A stretch of DNA of 55,375 bases from Geosiphon pyriformis uo1. Its lineage: Eukaryota > Fungi > Glomeromycota. Positions 26,001 through 38,647 of this stretch are shown in pieces. Below the pieces are notes generated by a model. That model did no database searches and was not told the origin of the DNA. It saw only the letters and a program-made list of their open reading frames with translations. A program made the position numbers and the translations under genes. The stretch spans positions 1 through 55,375 of the forward strand of contig JAAOMT010000731.1 of NCBI GenBank assembly GCA_016748015.1, in the 5' to 3' direction. Numbering within the stretch: position 1 is the first letter of the stretch; the number at the start of each line of letters is the position of its first letter.

Positions 26001-27790
26001 ATTTTCAAGAAAAAATAGTTTAAGGACTTTGACAGTATTTTTATCAAGATATCTTCTAAGTTTTATAAGTTAGAAATTTTGGTTTCAAGAATTGTTAAAA
26101 CTTTGTATAAGAATGTTAATAGTGTATTTAAGTTTTTGATAACCTACTGAACTTCTTTGGACATTAATAAGACTTCATCTGTTCAGGCTTTTTTGAATTT
26201 TAGTATAAATTTTGATAGTATACATTCAGCTTTTTTTAGTGTAAGGAAATTATATTGTGTCTTTAAGTTTGCTGAATTTTTGTAAGCTAAAGAGTTAAAA
26301 ATTAGGTCAGTTATTGATAAACAGATGGAAAGTTTCACAGTCAATAAGAGTTACACAATTAAAAATGTGTTGAAGCATCCTTTTTAGAAAGTGGTTTTGA
26401 ATTATCTAATAGTAAATAATAAGCTAATTCTGGATCCTAATAATGTTAAATCTAAGGTGAATAAAATAATAGAGAATTGAACAAAAAAAAGATTGGTTAT
26501 AAGTGGGGTTTCTGACCAATAGAACCATTAATATTTACTGTTAGCTTATGTTAATAATGCTGCCTTTTTTGAGGTTATGAACACTATTATATTTGATAAT
26601 CTGCTACAAGTAATCAAGAATTTGCCTGATAAAAAAGCTGCTTATTTGTCTGATATTATCAATAAACTTTAGAAACATTGTAATAGTTCTGTTCTTGTAA
26701 TGCTTTTAGATTTCTTGAATTTTTGTTTGATATATAAATTAGTGCTTAGTCTTTGAAAAAAAGCTTGGGTTTTAATAATTCTTAAGCCTTATAAGTGGAA
26801 GAAAATTTTGACTAATATTAGACCAATTGCCTTAATTAAAACTGCTCAAAAGATCCTTTCTAAATTGCTCTTTGATAGAATTTTGTTGACATGTAGCAAA
26901 TTTAATGTGCTGCATGATAATAATTTCTCTGTATTAAAAGACACTATTACTTAGTCTCTTATTTTTGTAGTAGACTTGGTTGTTAAAAATGTTTTGAAAA
27001 AAGATCATGAACTTTGGTTAATTTTGCAGAATATGCAAAAAGCATATAATTTAGTTGGCTGATATTATCTTAAGAAGAGTTTGGTTTAAATTAAAATATG
27101 TAAATGCTTTGTTAGGTTTTTTGGTAGCATTTACAATGATAAGATAAACTGGATTATGATAGATTTTGGGCTTACTAATGAGTATTATATACATAATGAC
27201 CTGAACCAGGTGAGGTTTTTTCACTTTTGCTCTGAAGAATCTTTTATGATCCTCTTTTGTGTGAAGTTAAGAGACACAAAAGCCTGTGTGATTATCACAT
27301 TAATACTAAGTTTTTTGCAAAAACTGATAAAATAGAAGTCCAAAATAAGTTGACTTTATATTTGGCTGCTGAAATTTTTGTTAATGACACAATTTGAGTG
27401 AAGAATAGTCAGACTGCTACTTAGTATATTTTGGATATTACACGTAATTTTTTTAGGCTTAATAACATTTAAATTAATAATAAAAAAATAGTAGCCATTT
27501 TTATTAACTAGAAAGTTAAGAATATCTTATTGTTAATAAGTAGTCTGTCAATATTAATTGCATAAAAGGGAAAATTTCATAGATATCTTGGTATTTTTTT
27601 GTCTTTTAAGAATATATTTAAGCTTAGCTTAATAAAAACACACTCAGATGTCAAGTTTTTTGCTAATGTGATCTTGAAAAAATCTATTTTTGATAAACAG
27701 TTTCTTTATTTGGTTTTAGTAGTATTACATCTTATTATTGGTTACAAAATCCAATTCAGTTTTGTTTTTAAGAGCATATACAGTAAATAA
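23100..27790 (+). mobile_element. LINE-2 of window: related LINE, 3' part missing, ends at an LTR junction (5' boundary approximate)
   Basis: ORF1 from ATG 23191 with NLHWTGLSLACCMQY knuckle remnant; ORF2 from ATG 25074; RPIALIKT ~26820; FVND (FVDD) ~27380; collinear with 11250-16440. Confidence 0.9.
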
Positions 27791-28515
27791 TGTTACAGAT
27801 GATTATTTGGGGTCACAAATCAAATAACAAATCCATAACTTGGTGCTCAATTACTAATTTGATTGGTAATATTTGGTAATTTTTGAAGGTTTTGTTAATC
27901 TGAAAGTTTTGTCAATCTAAAGGTTTTGTCAATCTAAAGGTTTTAGGTTTGAGTCTTTTGTATAATAGACAAAGATTCAATGGTTGTTTTCAATAGTCTC
28001 CCAGAATCATAATTCTATCAAATTTTTTTTTCAGCATAGTGGCCAGTAATCTCCTGATAAGTTATTCTCAATTTAATGAGTTTTTATCTTTGTTCCCAGG
28101 TCTTTTATCAGTCTTTTGACGTCAACCATTCAGTACTTAATCCTTATTTAATTTTAGTAAACAACAAAACAAAATAAAATAAAAAATAAAAAAAATAAAA
28201 AAAATAAAGTAATTAAGCCAAGACAAATTAGTATTCTGTCAATAACCATAATTAAGAACTATTGTTCTAGTATAATCAGATATTAGTTATTATTAACATA
28301 AAGTGTTAATAGTAAATAATTAAGTTGATATAACCAATAAATATATTTATTGATAGTGTAAATATATAGATGCTAACTAAAAAGTAGAACTCAGATGTCT
28401 TTTTCTGCTTCTAATATTACTGTTATATATACATAATTAAGATTTCTCAATTTCTCAATTTTTTATACTAAAAATTCTGAAATTTCTGGAATTTTGCAAT
28501 TCTTCAAAAGAAACA
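27791..28515 (-). repeat. Family-A LTR, minus orientation, U3 end missing
   Basis: Starts tgttacagatgattatttgg; homologous to 1778-2625; TATATATA at 28424-28431. Confidence 0.88.
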
Positions 28516-31332
28516 CATGACCATAAATTAGCCAATTAGGATAGAGGAAAAAAAAGAGGATTTTTCAGGAAATTCTGAATGTTTTAGGAAATCCAGAATT
28601 ATTCAGAAAATCTAGGATATTTCAGAAAACTTAAAAATGTTTTAGGAAATTTTGAATGTTTCAAGAAATCAAAAATTTTGCAGAAAATTTAGCAAAAAAA
28701 AGAATTTTTCATGTAAAGAAAATTATGTATATATAGTAATAGCATTAAAAGCAAAAAAGACAGACCTTTTAGTTTAGATTTAATCTAAACAATCTTTCAA
28801 ACTACAAATATCAATAAATAATTATTCACTATCTTAATTTAATTTCTGCTATTAATACTTTATGTTAATTATAACCAATACTTGATCACATTAGAACAAT
28901 AGCTCTTAATTATGGCTATTAATAGAATACTAACTTTACTTGTCTTGACTTAATCTCTTTATTTCTTATTTTCTTTATTATTTTTTTTCTTATTTTGTTG
29001 TGTTTACTAATTAATTGAGAATTAAGTACTGATTAAATTGATATTAAGAATTATTTAGTAAAAGACCCCTGCAAGAGAGTAGGATATTCAAAAATTAAAG
29101 ATACTCAAGGATTAAGGATTACTTACCAAAAGATTACCAGTCACCAAACTAAGAAAGAAATTGACAGAATTGTGATTCCAGAAGGCTACTGAAAACAACT
29201 ATTGAATCTCTGTTAATTATACAAAAAACTTAACTACAAAACCTTCAGATTACAAAATTTTCTAATTAATATCATTGTAATTAACTATTGAGCATCAAGT
29301 TACAGATTTGTTATTTGTTTTGAGATTCCAAATAATCATCTATAACATTTGGTGCTCTCTGTGAGATATAATCTTACAAAAAATCAGCACCAATTATAAC
29401 CAGTTAAAAGTAACAGAATCAAAAATTATAGAAACAAATCATTTAAGATTTATTAAATCCTTATTTCAACAATATAGCCAACAATTGGGCTTAAACAGCA
29501 ACTATTATCCAGTAAAATCAGCCTTCAACTTTTATGTCAATAAAAGAATCACAGATTTTCTAGGAAAACCAGTTAATATTAAATTAGCAAGAGAAAATTT
29601 TTATACAGAATTAATTCAATACACTAGCTTACTATGAAATCATAATTTTGTATTAATCATTAGGAAAATTAATCAAGCAATTAAAAGATATACTCAACAA
29701 CAATTCCTCATTATCTACACAGACAAAGACAAGAGAAAATTACAAACTCCAGTAATAACACCAAAAGAAATAAAGTTACTTATGTGAAAGAAACAAAGAA
29801 TTAAATCTCCACTATATCTGTCATATTATTACATACCTGAAAGTATTATCAATATTTTATCAGTAGGTATATTCACATTAAACATGGAATTAATATTGGG
29901 ATGAATTCCATTTTAAAGTAAACAAAAGAAAGCAGAATTATTAGAAATTTATGACAATTATTTTGAAAAATTTAAATCATGATTATTAACACCATTAAGA
30001 TTTAGATTATTACTATATCAACCAGATTTCGAAATTATAAGTTCTTGGAAGAGAACAGAATTAGAAGAAAAGGAAGACAATAATCAGGAATTTAATTACC
30101 AAAACCTGATTGCAGAAAACCCAGAAATTGAGACTCCAATTAATTAAATTCAACAAAATTAAAACAATCCAAATCCTGACATTAATAATCAATAACACTT
30201 ACCTTTAGTAATCATGATCAATCCACTACAGCAGTGACTATCACAACAAAAATCATCTCAACAACCACTATTACAACATTAACCAATTGCACTAATGGCT
30301 TGTGCTCTAATAGCCAAAATTAAGAAATTCACTGGTAAGAAGAATAATGTACAAGTGTAGCTAAACAATATCGAAAAAGCCATCACAGCCAATGGATGGA
30401 ATGATACCAAAGCCCTACAAGTTATTCTATACTTTCTTTAAAATACTGCTGACTTGTGGTATCAAAGCTTGGCCAACAAATTCCAAGATTTCAATGCATT
30501 TAAGCTTGAGTTTCTGTGATATTTTAGCAATAATAACAGCATTAACCACTTAGCCAATATATTTACCACTATTAAACAAAGAGATACCAAAGCAGTTACT
30601 ACTTACTTGAGATGTTTCCACAGAAATCTGCACTAAATTTAGACAATATAAGCTGATTATTTTACTGTACCACAAATCTTGAATCAATTCATTAGAGCAA
30701 TATTTTTTAATACATACATCCATTGCATCTAGCAGATCTTCAAGCTGCAGTTACAAATGTTAGAGATTTTAAAGCAATTGAACTCAAAGCCAATTACATC
30801 CAAGCTGTAAATCTAGTAATGAATGAATCATTTGACTTGGATTCCAAATTGAAACAATTTAGTAATTCAATTAATCAAAAATTAAAAGGATACTTAGCTA
30901 ACAATTGAGCAATTTATCAATCTTCACAATAGTGCAATAATTAGAAAAATACAAATTGCCCCCAAAATTAAGTGCATTTATCATTATTAATTGGTCAATT
31001 ATGGCAACAGGATATATGTGTTTGCTACAATTGTGGTAAACAAAGTCATATTAAGACTAACTGCTAAGTTTATAACAATAATCTATAATCGGAAAATCAA
31101 TATCAAAACTCTGATTACAGGTTTCAAACTCCAAACTATTTTTTAAATCAAGATTAATACCAACATAATTACACCCAAATAATGCAACAACCAATATACC
31201 TACTTCCAATTTATTAACTGGCAACATCCATAATTTATTAACCACTATAGTTACAAATAATTTATCAAATCTCATTAATTTAACCACCACCATCAAACTT
31301 AGCTTACCTGATATCCAAAAATCAAAGGCCAA
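28516..31332 (+). mobile_element. Element B: family-A 5' LTR (28516-29347), PBS and gag remnant, cut at 31332 by element D
   Basis: LTR ends ...tataaca at 29347; gag collinear (inverted) with 8130-10090; CYNCGKQSH knuckle ~31023-31050. Confidence 0.9.
29350..29365 (+). promoter_or_regulatory. Primer-binding site TGGTGCTCTCTGTGAG (tRNA ending ...GAGCACCA; Ile-UAU-like or Thr, unverified)
   Basis: TGG start 2 nt after the LTR-terminal CA; the same core is found at 42197 and 10113. Confidence 0.88.
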
Positions 31333-34300
31333 TGTTACAGGTAAACTTAATGAAGTAAAAGATGGTAACATTTGGTGCTCTTAATTATTGGTAATGCATC
31401 TTTTGTGTAATTCTATTGGCTTAGTCCTGATTATCAGTTTCTAAAGGTCTTATTTACTGGTTGTGAATTTGCTCATTAAGTTCTTTGGTTATAAGGCACA
31501 GAGTTTTGGTTCTTGCTGATTGCGACTTCTTATAAAAGTGAGCTTTTTTTTCTGAGCTAACAAGTGTAGTCATTAGAGTTTGGCATTGTCTTTTTGCCTT
31601 TCTGATAAACTACTAAGATAATTTTAATATCTAAAAACCTAGAAAAAGCATCTCTTTTTTACCAGACTATTACAAAATTTATTCTCAGACAATTAATTTT
31701 ACTATGTTGTTACTTTACAAAAAAAGAAAAAAAAGAAATAAAAAGAAAAAAAAAATAAAAGAAAAAAAGAAAAAAAAAAGAATTAGTATTGTCAATTACC
31801 ATGATCAAGAGCAATTGGTTCAAATTGTTAATAGTTTGAAGTGGTTATGTTAAAAACATCTGTCTTGAAATAAAGGTATAAAACAATAGTTAATTCATGT
31901 AAATTTCACAAAGTTTAAGAACATAAATTCATGATTCTGATTTCTTAATAATTGATTTATTTCAGAAGATGAATATAAAATATAAATAATAAAAAAGTAT
32001 GGATATTTGATTCTTGTCTAGTGGTTTGTATTTATCTGTTTGTCTATTTCTATCTTTTACAACTACTTATTTTTATATATTCTTTTGGTTTTATAAGATT
32101 GCTTCTGATTGTTTTATTATTGCTAACTATTGCTTTGTTATTTCTGTTATTGTTTCATTCTTCTATGTTATTACTAGTTATTCTATGTTATAATATGTTA
32201 TCTGGTGTTATTACATGTTATTCTGTGTTATCCTACATTATAATGTATTATTCTGTGCTATCCTAAGTTATAATATGTTATTTAATATTATTGTGTACTA
32301 TTCTGTATTATGTCATGTTCTGGTCACATTTTTTCATAACTTCAGATTGGTTTTTTTCTACTCAGGTAACATTATTTCTCACTTTTTAGAATTAAGCTTC
32401 TGTGAAATTATATGTATCTGTTCCTATGTCTTTGTTTGTGTAATGTTCAATGGTTGCATTGAGTATTGTTTTTCATAAGTCTTTGAACTGTTGATTGGTA
32501 ATTTGTTTTATGTTGTTAACTGTTATTATCTTTATAGATCCATACAACAGAACATTTAGACAATGTTAAAAAGTGGCATATAGTTGGTATGCTGTTTTGT
32601 AATATAGGATCAGGTTGTTTCTTTCTACAAATTTTTCTATTTGTTGCATTGCTTCTTTTTTGAAAGTTTTTTGGCTGAAGTCTCCATATGGCACTTTTAA
32701 GTCTAATTGTTCACCCATTTTGAAGAACCAATAAGCTGAAGAAAGTCTTTTTTTCCATTCTTTTGTGTTGTCTGGTGTCTATTTCCCTGTTTTGGGAAGA
32801 TTGATCTTACAAGCTAAAGCTTCTTTGATTTTTTTCAGCTTGGAGACCAAGTATCTTCTTTTATAAACTTTTTCTTGTTTCTTTACTCTTTTTTCAAGTT
32901 CCACCCAAGACAATTTAATTCTTTTTTGTAAAATTCTTTTCTTGAATAAGGTGTAGAGATAAGAACAGTTAGTTCTAATTGAACTCATACCTATTCATTT
33001 CTTGCTCTTATTTTTATAACATATTTTTTTTTATTGATTGTCATTTTTATTTGAGCAGAAGATTGTTGAATTGCATTAAATAGTTGTTTCAAAAGTTGTA
33101 GAATTTGATCTAACATGTCTATGTTAAAAGTTCTATCATTTTTTACTATTTTTTAGATGCTATATATATTTGAATTTTCTAATTTAATTTGTTGCATATT
33201 GTTTACATTTCAATGACAATAATTGGTTTTAGATCTTGTGGTATATCTTCTGGCCTGATTAATAAAATTTGTGTTCCTAACTAAGGTACTGATAATAATG
33301 ATTTCTGTTTTGCATGATAAATTTTTAACTAATTTTTATGTGCTACTTTTTTTAAAATCTTGTCTTCCAATCATAATTTGTAAGCTCTATTTTCTAAAGC
33401 TTTGTGTATATGGAATGAATTGTCCTACTTTGGATCAAATTTTCCACTCCACTGTTTTTCAGTTTTTGTATGATATAACAGTACTTGGTCTTCAATCTTG
33501 AATTCCATTGGTTGTTCTGATAGGCAGTTAGCATGTTTTTTTTTTGTCATTCTTGAACATGACTAATATTGTCAGCTGCTGTTCTTCAATTGTCTTTCAA
33601 TGTTTCTATTAGCTAATATGTTTTTTGGTATAAGGTAGCTTCAAAATTCTTTTCATTGATTGTTTCTGTTGGGTATGATGGTATCACTTGTTCAATTAGT
33701 AATGTAGCTTTTTTTCCATAGACTAGTTTGAATGGTGTGAACTAAGTCATATTTTGTTTCAATGTTTGGTATACAAAGAGTACAGAAGATATGAATAAGT
33801 CCTATTCTTGTTTGTTTTTATGACTTATTTTTGCTAGTGCTTCACACAGTATTTGGTTAAATTGTTCTACCAGTCTATTCATTAGTAGATAGTATGATGA
33901 CAATAAGGGTTGCTTTATTCCAAACTATTGGCTTAGTTTAGTTAGTGTATTATTAATGAAATATGTTTTCTAATCAGATAATAATTCTTTTGAGCATCCA
34001 TATCGGCAAATTAGGTCTTGATGCACAAATTTGGCTACTGTTTTGGTGTTGGCCACTTAAATTGCTTTGGCTTTTGGCCATTTTGTAAGATAATCTATGG
34101 CTACAGTGATATAGCAATTTTCTTGAGATGTAATTAAGAGAGGTCCAACCAAATCAATCCCAATTCTATTAAATAGATTTCCAACTGGAATGGGTCGAAG
34201 TAGTTCTGTTAATTTTGTTTCTTTTCTTTGCTGACATGAGTTATAATTGAGCACGTATTTGAAAATGTCTTTGTATATTGTTGGCCAATAGTATAAATTT

Positions 34301-36230
34301 AGTGTTTTTTTAAGGGTAGTATCTTTGTTAAAGTGTTCTGTAGTTGGATCAGAATGCATACTATGTAATATAATTTCTTTTTCATTGTTCTTTATAACTT
34401 GTTGTGAGATGAAACAGTTTTGGCATTCTTATTAATATAGTTGGTTGTCTTGAATAGAATAATTTTGGGCTTGTTTCATATAGTACTTTGTTCCTGTTAA
34501 GATAATATCTCCTTGAAATATAGTGTTGATAAGTACTGATATAATTGTTGATAAGTAAGTGTATCTATGAGTCTGGGATTAGGTTTGTAGCATCCTTGAC
34601 AAACTGTTAGCATTGGTGTTCTTAGATCCTTTTTTGTAATAGACTTTGAGTGGGAATTGTTGCAGATAAATATTTTATCTTGCATATTTTCTCTTTAGTT
34701 GTGGATTGTTGAGTAGCTAAACAAATTATTTATGATCAGTATATAGATCAAAGAGCAAGCCAAGGTAATATCTCTACATCTGTACAGCCCAATAAATGAT
34801 AAGACATTTCAAATCTGTTGTACTGTAATTCTTTTCTGTTAGGCTAGTGCTGCAACTGGCTTAGACAATTAGATATTCTCTATTGTCTAGTTTTATCTGT
34901 GATAAAACAGCTTTTAGAGTATTTTTTGAGGTGTCTATAATGATAATGAATTGTTTAGTAAAATCTGGGTAAATCAGGATTGGAAATGTGATCAATCACT
35001 GCTTGAGATAGTCAAATGCTTTCTATTGATTTTTTTTCTATAAGTATGGTATATATTTGAACAACAAATGATAAAGGGGTTTTGCGATAGTTGAAAACTC
35101 TTTGACAAATTGGCAATAGTATTCTACTAATCTTAAAAATTTTTATAACTCTTAAAAATTGATTGGGGCTGGAAAATCTTTAACTTTTTGGATCTTGTCT
35201 AAGTTAGATTTGACTCTGTTTTTGCTAATTACATGTCCTAGGAATTTCAACTCAGTTTTCTCAAAAAAACATTTCTTGAAATTGAGTTTTAATCCAGCAT
35301 TTCAAAGGCATTCAAAGACTTGTTAAAGGTGCAGCAGATAATCATCAAATGTTTTGGAGAACACATTTGTATTATCTAAGTAAATTACAACTAATTTCCA
35401 AAGAATTTCTTTTTACATAACATCCATAAGGCATTGGAACATGGCAAAAGTGTTGCAAAGTTTGAAGAGCATTATATTGAACTCAAAGTTTCTATCTTAA
35501 GTGGTAAATGCTGTTTTTCTTTTATTTTTGAGATCCATTTTGATCTGTTAATATCCACTGGCTAGGTCTAATAACGAGAACTATTTTATTTTTCCTAAAT
35601 TGTCCAGGATTTCTTGGATGAGGAGAATAGAGTAATTATCTTTTTGGGTAATGCTATTTAATTTTTGGTAATCCATGCAGAATCATATCTTTCCATTTTT
35701 CTTAGTAATTAGGACTACTGGAGAGAACCAAAGGCTTAACAATTTCTTGATTAAGCTGTGATTAAACATTTGTTGAACTTCTTGTTTGATAAGATTGTCA
35801 TCAGATGGAGATACTCAGTAAATCTGTTGTTTAATAAGTCAAGCATCTCCCATATCAATATGATGCTTTACAATGTCAGTGTGTTCAAACTTATTTTCAC
35901 TGACAAAGACATTGGCATATTGGTTTAATAAAACCTTAAGTTGTATTTGTTGTAGAGTGCTTAGGTTTCCCAAATTAAGTTTATTGATTTTTTCTGATGT
36001 GAACAAGTAACTTTCTTATGACAGGTTCTATACTTGTGAGGTAATGTCACAGAATAAGAACAATTGTGTGAAATCTGGAATGGGCTGGAGTTTATCTGAA
36101 TTCTGAATATTTGGGAATATGAAACCAATAAGAGTTTCTTCTGAGATTTCTATAATGTCTTTGGTTGAATTGTGAATGGGGATTTTAAAGTGCTTATGGG
36201 CCTTTGCTACAAAATTTTACATATTGCTAA
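31333..36230 (-). mobile_element. Element D: Ty3/Gypsy-like family D with 3' LTR (31333-32371), ORF3, integrase, RNase H and RT remnants; right boundary unclear
   Basis: LTR TGTTACAG...GGTAACA (1039 bp) followed by reverse-complement PPT; integrase ORF 34057..34359 (MHSDPTTEHF, GIDLVGPL, AIDYLTKWP); RT YLDN ~35370-35385. Confidence 0.9.
32161..32320. repeat. 16 x 10-bp degenerate tandem array in U3 of the family-D LTR
   Basis: Units ttctatgtta, ttactagtta, ttctatgtta, taatatgtta, tctggtgtta, ttacatgtta, ttctgtgtta ... Confidence 0.9.
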
Positions 36231-37806
36231 ATATTTTTTTATATATAAGACCAAAAATAATATTTAAGTGTTTTTTAGATTATACTATTTCTTTTTAAAT
36301 GTGTTAATAATAGATTTATATACATATTATATAGAATTGTTTTTTTTGTTTTGCTAAACTAATTTGAGTAAATTGTTTTGGGTTTGGTAATTTCAATAAT
36401 AAATTTTGTTATAATATAAAAAATATTGTTTTGATTAGTATTATAATCAGTATTTTTTACTTAAACACTAATTTTTTAACATAGTAAAAGTTTTTAAATA
36501 ATTTTTAATATTGTTATAATTTTTAGAATTTATTGTTTGTTAATTAATTATTGTCATTTAGATTATAATATGGTTAATATTGGTATTAATTTTGTCTTAT
36601 TTTTAAGAAACTATTAATATTAGTATATAATTTTTTAGATTGTAATAAACAATATATTTGTAATTAGCTAAAAATCTAGTCTATTAAAATTGTTTTACAT
36701 TAAGTTTTAAACTTTTTTTGTTTAGCTATTTGAAACCAATATTATTAATAATAATATCAAATTTTTTTTTTTGTAATTACTGTTGAAAGTATTTAAGACT
36801 ATAGATAATAGCTACTACTTTTAATTTAATAAAATTATATTTAAATTGTATGGCAGTGTTATCAGAGGTTTTTGGTCTCTTTTTTTAAATGTTGTTAATG
36901 CTTGTTTGCTGTGAATTCACGTTTTCTGGATGTGGTTAAACCTCCAGTAACTGAATTTATCTTCAAATTATCTCTTATAATTTGAACTGCTGGGCTTGTA
37001 AGTGGAAAGGCCAATTCTGTGCCAGTTGTTTTATGTAGTTACGTTGTAGTTAACGTCAACTCTTTCCCAGGAAATGCTTGTCTGGAAGCTCACTAAAAAT
37101 GTGTAGTTACTTTACTGTGAAAGTCAACTCTTCTACAGGAATCTCGTCTATAGACTACCCTAATAATTATAGTAAGAAAATAAAAAGAAAATAAAAAAAA
37201 TATAAAAGAAATAGAATTCTGTCAAGGGAAACGTTTTCTATCCAGGCCTGGAGTCACTAACAGGTTTACTGAAATTGGTAGCTAATCAATTTCAAAATAT
37301 TAGTTGGGTTCTTGGGAATTTTCCAAGTGCAAATAATTAAAGAATTTGGTTTTTCAAATTATTTGATATTTATTTTTTTTTGTGTGTGTAGGATTAGTTC
37401 TAAGTGATAAAACTAAAATAAGATATATTTTCTCGAAGAGAGAAGCTCTTCTTTTATACAACTTGTCATAACACTATTTTATGAACTTGAACTTTGCTAT
37501 TTTCTACAATTTCACTAAACTAAAGATACATTTCAGTGAACTACAAGTTATTTCTGTGAACTATTAAATATTTCTGTGAATTATCAATTATTTCGGCAAA
37601 TTTCTACAAATTTCAGTGAACTTTTGAATGTTACATAGTTTGGGGTATTGCATGATTGATCATTGCAATTAGGTTACATTTGTGTTGTGTACAATTTGAG
37701 TTATTAATTAAATGATAATTTTGGACATTTTTGCTAATGTAATAAGTGATAATTTGAAATAATAATATATGCTAATTAATGATAGGAATTATAAGATAAT
37801 TTCATG

Positions 37807-38526
37807 CTAAATAATATTTCTAATTTTGTCTGGTAACATAACCTCCTCCTCAAGACTGAGCTCCATCGAAGTCCAAGTACTGTTTGTTATTTCCAGATAA
37901 TAATCCAAAATTATTGAAGAAATTTGGTCTGAAAATTGTTGAAATTTCAGTTTTGTGAGCTTTCCAATGTATTGAATCTTCAAAGGTTGAAAAATTGGGT
38001 TTTGTAGTATGTTTTCACAGGTGTGGAATAGGTCATAAAGTCTAAGAACAGCTCTGAGCCTGTAGTGACTGTTTGTTGATCCAGCTGTTGTCTTGAATTT
38101 GTTGTGGAGTTGTTTCTGAATAGCTTCTTTTGTGAGGTTTGCTGTTGTAAGTTCCAGTTTCCATTCGTAGAGTGTTTTTCCAATGTGAAAATATCTATAG
38201 ATTGGAGAATATTCAGTGTTTTCCTCATTGAGACACAGTTGAAGTCTTTGTTGAATTGTAGCATTTGATGGAATACTAATCGGAGTGAGCATTAGGTTTT
38301 CTCTTAAAGCAAGCTTTAAAAGTTCTGACAGGTGAATTTCAGTATAACTTCTTGTGTTCTTCTTATACAGGTGATATTTTTGTGAATTTGGAGCTAAATT
38401 TGTAACTACTTCTGTTTGGGTATAATTAATGTGGTTTCCAGTAACAGTAATGGATAATTCGGGTATTGTTTTTAAAACTAACATTAATTTTTGGGATAAT
38501 TGTTGAATGTTTTGAGGAATAGTCAT
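37807..38526 (-). CDS. ORF3 of element E, uninterrupted ~239-aa protein of unknown function, overlapping the PPT and 3' LTR
   Basis: ORF track 37807..38535 (first ATG 38526, MTIPQNIQ...EEEVMLPDKIRNII); homologous to 49375-50094 and more distantly to 32372-32800. Confidence 0.8.
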   Translation of the reverse strand: MTIPQNIQQLSQKLMLVLKTIPELSITVTGNHINYTQTEVVTNLAPNSQKYHLYKKNTRSYTEIHLSELLKLALRENLMLTPISIPSNATIQQRLQLCLNEENTEYSPIYRYFHIGKTLYEWKLELTTANLTKEAIQKQLHNKFKTTAGSTNSHYRLRAVLRLYDLFHTCENILQNPIFQPLKIQYIGKLTKLKFQQFSDQISSIILDYYLEITNSTWTSMELSLEEEVMLPDKIRNII

Positions 38527-38647
38527 TATAAGCAATTTGAAATAACAGAAAATTATTTTTGGTGTATGAGTTTTTATGTTATTTTTGTTTTGTTTTTGTG
38601 AGATTGTTTCTAAATTATAAGAAGATAACTATAATAATAAATTTAAA

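Noticed and set aside
27888-27945. Three 17-bp tandem copies (GGTTTTGTCAATCTAAA) in the LTR
   Set aside because: Local slippage expansion of a motif that is single in other family-A LTRs; no further significance evident.
31333-31370. Independent 38-bp micro-LTR element with its own PBS on the plus strand
   Set aside because: No second copy or internal region follows, and the equivalent motif is a fixed part of family-A LTRs, so it is treated as a U5 feature.
32161-32320. CRISPR-like or telomeric array (also 41499-41620 and 28569-28695)
   Set aside because: Short degenerate tandem units without unique spacers, located inside LTR U3 regions in a eukaryotic context.
32021-32478. Hydrophobic ORFs 32021..32266 and 32215..32478 as membrane/Env proteins
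   Set aside because: They are translations of the T-rich LTR and its 10-bp array on the non-coding strand.
36230-36856. Possible continuation of element D or another TE remnant
   Set aside because: Too degenerate to assign by eye.
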